Made by a program: the position numbers and the translations under genes. From the human T2T-CHM13v2.0 reference genome, Homo sapiens: DNA of 64,000 bases. Under the pieces are notes generated by a model that did not search any database, was not told the origin of the DNA, and worked only from the letters and a program-made list of their open reading frames with translations. Positions 53,739 to 64,000 of this stretch are shown here, one piece after another (position 1 is the stretch's first letter; each line of letters begins with the position of its first letter). The stretch lies in NCBI RefSeq assembly GCF_009914755.1, contig NC_060936.1. One strand, 5' to 3'.

Positions 53739-56269
53739 TAAATAACTACGAACGGAACTTGTTGGATCATACGCTAGTTATATGTTTAAGTTTATGAGAA
53801 ATTGCCAAATAGTTCTCCAAAGTAGTTGTAGCATATTACTCTTTCACAAGCAATGTATCAAAGTTTCCATTGCTCCACATCCTCATTAACACTTGTCTTT
53901 TTAATTTTAGCCATTCTAAGGAGTATGTGATATTCTTATTTGGGCTTTAATCTGCATAGGTTTCCAATGTCCAATAAGCATATGAAGAAATGCTCAATAC
54001 AGTCTGTTGTTATGGTAAAATGCAAATTAAAATCACAATGAGATATCACTTCAGAATTCCCAGAAAATTAAAAAAAACAAACAATATCAAGTTTTGACAA
54101 GGATGTGGAGCAAATGGGAAGTCTTAGACATTATTGGAGAGAGTACAAATAGGCACATAACTGTTCAGCAGTATCTCTAAAGCTAAACAAACCCATACAC
54201 TATGTCCCCATCAATTTCACTCCTAGGTATAAACCCAAGATAGATAGGCATACATATCCACCTAAAAAACATGGACAGGAATGTTCATGGCAACTTTATT
54301 CAGAATAGCTCAAATTTGGAAATAATTCAAGTATCTATCGATAGGAGAATAAATAGACTGCAATATAATGATGCAGTGGAGTACTACACAGAATAAAAAG
54401 CAAGAAACTACGGCTACATGCATTCACTTCAAAGTACCTGAGGAATCATGTTAAGAATCTTTTCATGTGACTATTGGTATTTGTATATCTTCTTTTTAAA
54501 AGCGTCTTTTCAAATCTTTTGCTAATTTTTAAGTTGGCTTGTCTTTCTGTTGTTAATTTCTAAGTGTTATTTACATATTCTCAATATAGTGCTGAGTCAG
54601 ATATATGTACATGTTCTCAATATGTTTTCCCAGTCTGTGGTTTTTCTTTTCATTATCCCAAAGGTATCTTAAGAACAGAAGTTTTTAATTTGATGAAATT
54701 TTTACTTTTGATGAGGTAAAATTTATCATTTTTTGTTTTATAGTAAATGCTTATAAGTGTCATTTTAAATCCAGTGTTTGGTAATACTACCTTTAACTAT
54801 TTTTAATAAAGAGTTATTTATTTCGTTGCTTCTATAAAAATGAAAAAAAGTTCTTATTTCATTTGCAGATAAAACATCGATAGCATAAGCTTTTCTGTTT
54901 AAACCACACGGCCATGGTTTAACAGGGCCAGGAGGAAACAGAGATGTGGCCTGTTTTCATGTATCATAATTAAGATATCAAGTTTAACACAGTGAATAAA
55001 CTTCTTAAATATCAAATCACAATATCTCAATAAGCATAAAACAAGTTGAAGGAGACATCCATAACAGTGCTTTTTAGAATTTAAATAAAGTTCTATAAAG
55101 AAAATTTATATTATATATATGCATTATACATCATCTTGTTCACATAGATAAAACTAACATTTTCCCACATTACATATCTCTTCCTTGAACTATTAAATTT
55201 CCCATGATGAGGATGTATGGCATTCTCACAACTCACAATCACCTCTAGGAACTTGTAGGTAAATGTTACCACTACACATATTAAAGTAACCTTGAGAAGC
55301 TGAGCGGCTCCTAGGTAAGCTGCTAAAATCACTCACTGCTTCGGGTTTCTACACAGGAACCACAGAGGCTCCTTAATGCCTAATGGCTAATGCTCCAAAA
55401 GAAAAACTAAAGAAATAGTTGTGAACTTTTAGGTTAAGTTTCAGCCATAGCTTTGAATAAAGAAATCCAATAAAAACAATTCAGTACTCATTGCAAATAT
55501 TTAATTGTGCACATTTAATGCAAGGAATTCAGTGCTATGGGGGACTGGAAAGACACCTTTGCCCTGAAGGTGCCTGCACTCTAACAGAGAAGCCAGGACA
55601 AAATATTATACATAAGGTAAACTATAAGCACAACTAGTAATTGCCTTTATTTCTAGCTCAGATTTAGCATGTTATTTTGAACATATATGTTTACATGTCT
55701 GTCTTTCGTGCTAGGATGGTAAACTGTAAGGGGGAAGGGATATAGCTTATTCGTTACTGCCAAAACCCAACACAGAATCAGTTTCAACAGACAAGTGCTC
55801 AATAACAAATGAGCAAAGCAAATATAAGTACAACATAAAAGACATATATGCTGCAGTGAGACATCACAGCTACACAGGGGACTCACAAAAACATCCAGGG
55901 AGGTAAAGTTCCAGCTGGGTTTTGAAATATGAGTAGAATTTATCTGGTAGAGATTGGTCAGAATGAGGGAGAGAATTTAAGGAGAAAAAAGAATATTTAA
56001 AAGCATGCAGGTAAGAGTGTTCTGGGAAAGTGTATATGTAGTTGTTTGCTTGGAGCATTAGGCAAGCGTGCAAGAGTAGCAGCAGATGTGATCTGAAAGG
56101 GTAACTGACCTGACTACAGCCAGCTTTAAATGTTAGGTGAAAAGTTTTACTTGGAAGGCATTTCAGATTTTGAGAAGGAAAGCAAATTAATTAGGCTTGT
56201 GCTACAGGAAGATAAATCCAGCTGTGGTTTTGGATGGAGGGGATAAGCCAGATGTGAATTATAAGGCTA

Positions 56270-61050
<4,781 letters not shown>

Positions 61051-62221
61051 CTTTTTGCTATGGGGGGTTATGAAACATCCCAAGTAACACATAATGAAAG
61101 CCTGAACTGGAATAGAAGTGGGGATAGAACGAAGGAGAGAAGCTACAGAACCACTCCAGAATTAAGAAACATGGCTGTGAAGGCTTCAAAAGGTTTACTA
61201 TTACCACGCATGCTTAAAAAAAAGAACTTACAGGAACTCCCAGCTTTACAAACGATTTGTTAATACAAATGGGCATTAGAAGTACTCTGCCCTGCTGCTA
61301 AGGAAATTATATTCTTGGCCTCTATACAGTTTTATTCTTGAATGGATTTTCCTACAGAAATAATCCTACATATGCTAGTGCTGTATTTCATATGTACATC
61401 ATTATAATACTAGTATGCTACTCTTAAACAGGTGCACACTGGGCTAGAAAGGCTTTTGTGAGTTGACTTGGAAAGCTAACCACAACTAAAATTATGTTTT
61501 TTATGAGAGAATGTATTTTGATATCCAATTATATTTTTGGTTTTTATTTCCATAAAAATAATACATGTACATAATTTTAGAAGTTAAATAATACTGTGAA
61601 CTTCATAGCAAATAGAACCCTTCTCTAGTCACTCCATTCTTGATTACTGCTCCCTGAAAGCAATTTAAATTACATCTACGACAGTTCTTTCTGCTCTCCA
61701 TTTATTTCTCATCCAATTTTTCTTATGGTATTTAAATCCCTTTCCCATATATCATGTATGTACCATTTCTTGATTTTCAAAAATTGACTGAAGAGGATTC
61801 AGTTTTCTTACAATACACACAAATTCACACACAGATACACACACATACAACCCCATCCTTCCAATATAATGCTTTCATATTCAGTGTCTTTAACTATGTA
61901 TTATGATTTGCAGAGCTACATGGTGTACTATGATTACATTTCCTTTTTTGTTCAATATTTTGTTTTCCCAGGAATTAAAAAGGGTTTCTTCTGTCTCCCT
62001 CCCCCTTAGTTTTCAATGCTCCTCATATCATCACCAAACTCTTAAAAAGTAGCTGTAAATGTCCCAATAGATTCAAACTATCAGTTGTAAATTTTTTCTT
62101 GGATACCATTCCTGAAGCAATTCACCCTTTGACTTTAATTTAAATCCCCTCCAGTTGCACAGGGGTCATTACGGGACTCTTCACCTTTGCTCTGGGAGAT
62201 TCCCTTCTTCCTGGATGATTT

Positions 62222-62670
62222 GTATATCAGTCACAATAGGCCAAGTTATGCTACAGTAACAAATGACACCAAAATCTCAATGGCTTAGCTTACAATGACA
62301 CAGGTTTATTTCTACAAGCTACGTGTCCATCATGGGTCATTGTTACCTCTGTGCCATGTTATCTTCATTTCAGAACCTAGGCTCACAAAGCAGCCTCTGC
62401 CTGGAATATTGCTGGTCATCATGGCAGAAGGAAAAAAGGCAGTAAATCTTAAGCTAGTTCTTAAAATATTTGCTCAGAAGTGATACATATCACTTTCAGC
62501 CACATTTCACTGGCCAAAGCAATTAGTATAGCCATACTTGAGTACAACAAGGTGAGTACATATTACCATTCTGCAGGGTGGGTCAATGCGTGGTATAGCC
62601 AACAGAGCAAAGATAAATAACCCTCTGTGAGGAGGCAACGCTCATGTTTGTGAACAATAAAGCTATTACA
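62222..62670. mobile_element. MLT1-family (ERVL-MaLR) LTR
   Basis: ttatgctacagtaacaaa...caaaatctcaatggctta...ggtttatttct; catttcactggccaaagcaa. Confidence 0.65.
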
Positions 62671-63216
62671 GCACGCTTCCTATTTCTTGTTTATTCTATC
62701 TCTTTCGTAAAATGGATCCTTCATCCTTTGGGTTTATGTCTTTTTAATTTTTTTACTGTCATTTCAAGAGAATTTCAGGAAAACTAGGAGTGTGCTCACT
62801 CTGCCATCGTTTACCCAAAAGTCTACCAACCACTCACTTTAGAAGGCAACTTTTATGAAGATGGCCTATTTAGAAGATGGGGGCTACCTGTAATTTTCCT
62901 TTTCATTCAGGGTACTATTTCCGTTATTTATAGCAGTTTTTCCCAGATCCTATGAATGTTAATCAAGGATTTAAACTGTCATTTCTTTTTTCATACAAAA
63001 CTACCCAAAATGGTAAATTCACTTTAAGACTTAGGAGGAGTTTTCTAAAATAGTTTTGGTCCTAAATATCTTAAGTTTTTCTTTTCTGATTTGATCTAAA
63101 CTTCAGGTTTACATCTGCAATAAAATCCAGCATCTAAAAAGAATTTCATTGCAATCCTATAACTGTGGATTATATCCTATATTCAACTTGTTGGCCTAGC
63201 TCTGAAATATCCCTGT

Positions 63217-63548
63217 CAGCTGGGCATGGTGGCTCCCGCCTGTAATGCCAACTACTCAGGAGGCTGAGGTGGGAAGATCACTTGAGGCCAGGAATTTGAA
63301 ACCAGCCTGGGAAACACAGCAAGATCCTGTCTCTAAAAAGGTTGTTTTAAATTATCTGGATATGGCGGTTTAGCCCAGGAGTTCAAGGTTGCAATGAGGC
63401 TATGACCAATGCCATGGCACTCCAGCCTGGGTGACAGAGCAAGAACTTGTCTCTAAAGAGCAGAGCAGGAGCAGGAGCAGGAGCAGGAGCAGAGCAAAGA
63501 GAAAAAGGAAAGAGGAAAGAAAAGGGAAAGGGAAAGGGAAAGGAAAGG
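63217..63548 (+). mobile_element. AluJ with internal deletion; tail expanded into (GAGCAG)n and (GGGAAA)n
   Basis: Alu arms followed by hexamer repeats at 63458-63548. Confidence 0.85.
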
Positions 63549-63852
<304 letters not shown>

Positions 63853-64000
63853 GGAATCCCCATGTCATTGCTGTCTATAACTTAAGTATTATATTTGGGA
63901 AAATATATTTCCATATGCTAATATCTTATTTAGTTGCGAAATGAAAAACACAGTAAGTGATTACTATATGGGAATATTACAAAAGAAGTGGTCTAATTCA

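Overview
Human (primate) genomic DNA; the coding content matches the 12p13.33 DCP1B / CACNA1C locus. The minus strand carries the last six coding exons of DCP1B (exons 4-9, all GT-AG with consistent phases, stop at 20320-20322), including a (CAG)9CAA polyQ tract. Hidden below the ORF-track cutoff, DCP1B intron 3 contains on the plus strand the cardiac first coding exon (exon 1a, 45177-45315) of CACNA1C/Cav1.2. It is preceded by a TATA- and cardiac-motif-rich promoter and several uORFs, so the two genes overlap in antisense from about 44.8 kb to the window end. A DCP1B-strand splice acceptor and open frame lie exactly over that exon. A 5'-inverted (twin-primed) L1PA with a 12-bp TSD sits about 155 nt after the DCP1B stop codon and may have cut off an ancestral 3'UTR/polyA signal at about 13.8 kb. 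A 19 x 65-bp VNTR born from an L1 fragment gives intron 5 a tandem array of acceptor-like sites. The rest is Alu/L1/MIR/L2/LTR/DNA-transposon remnants and simple repeats. Most ORF-track entries are spurious. Repeat boundaries and subfamilies are by eye and approximate.
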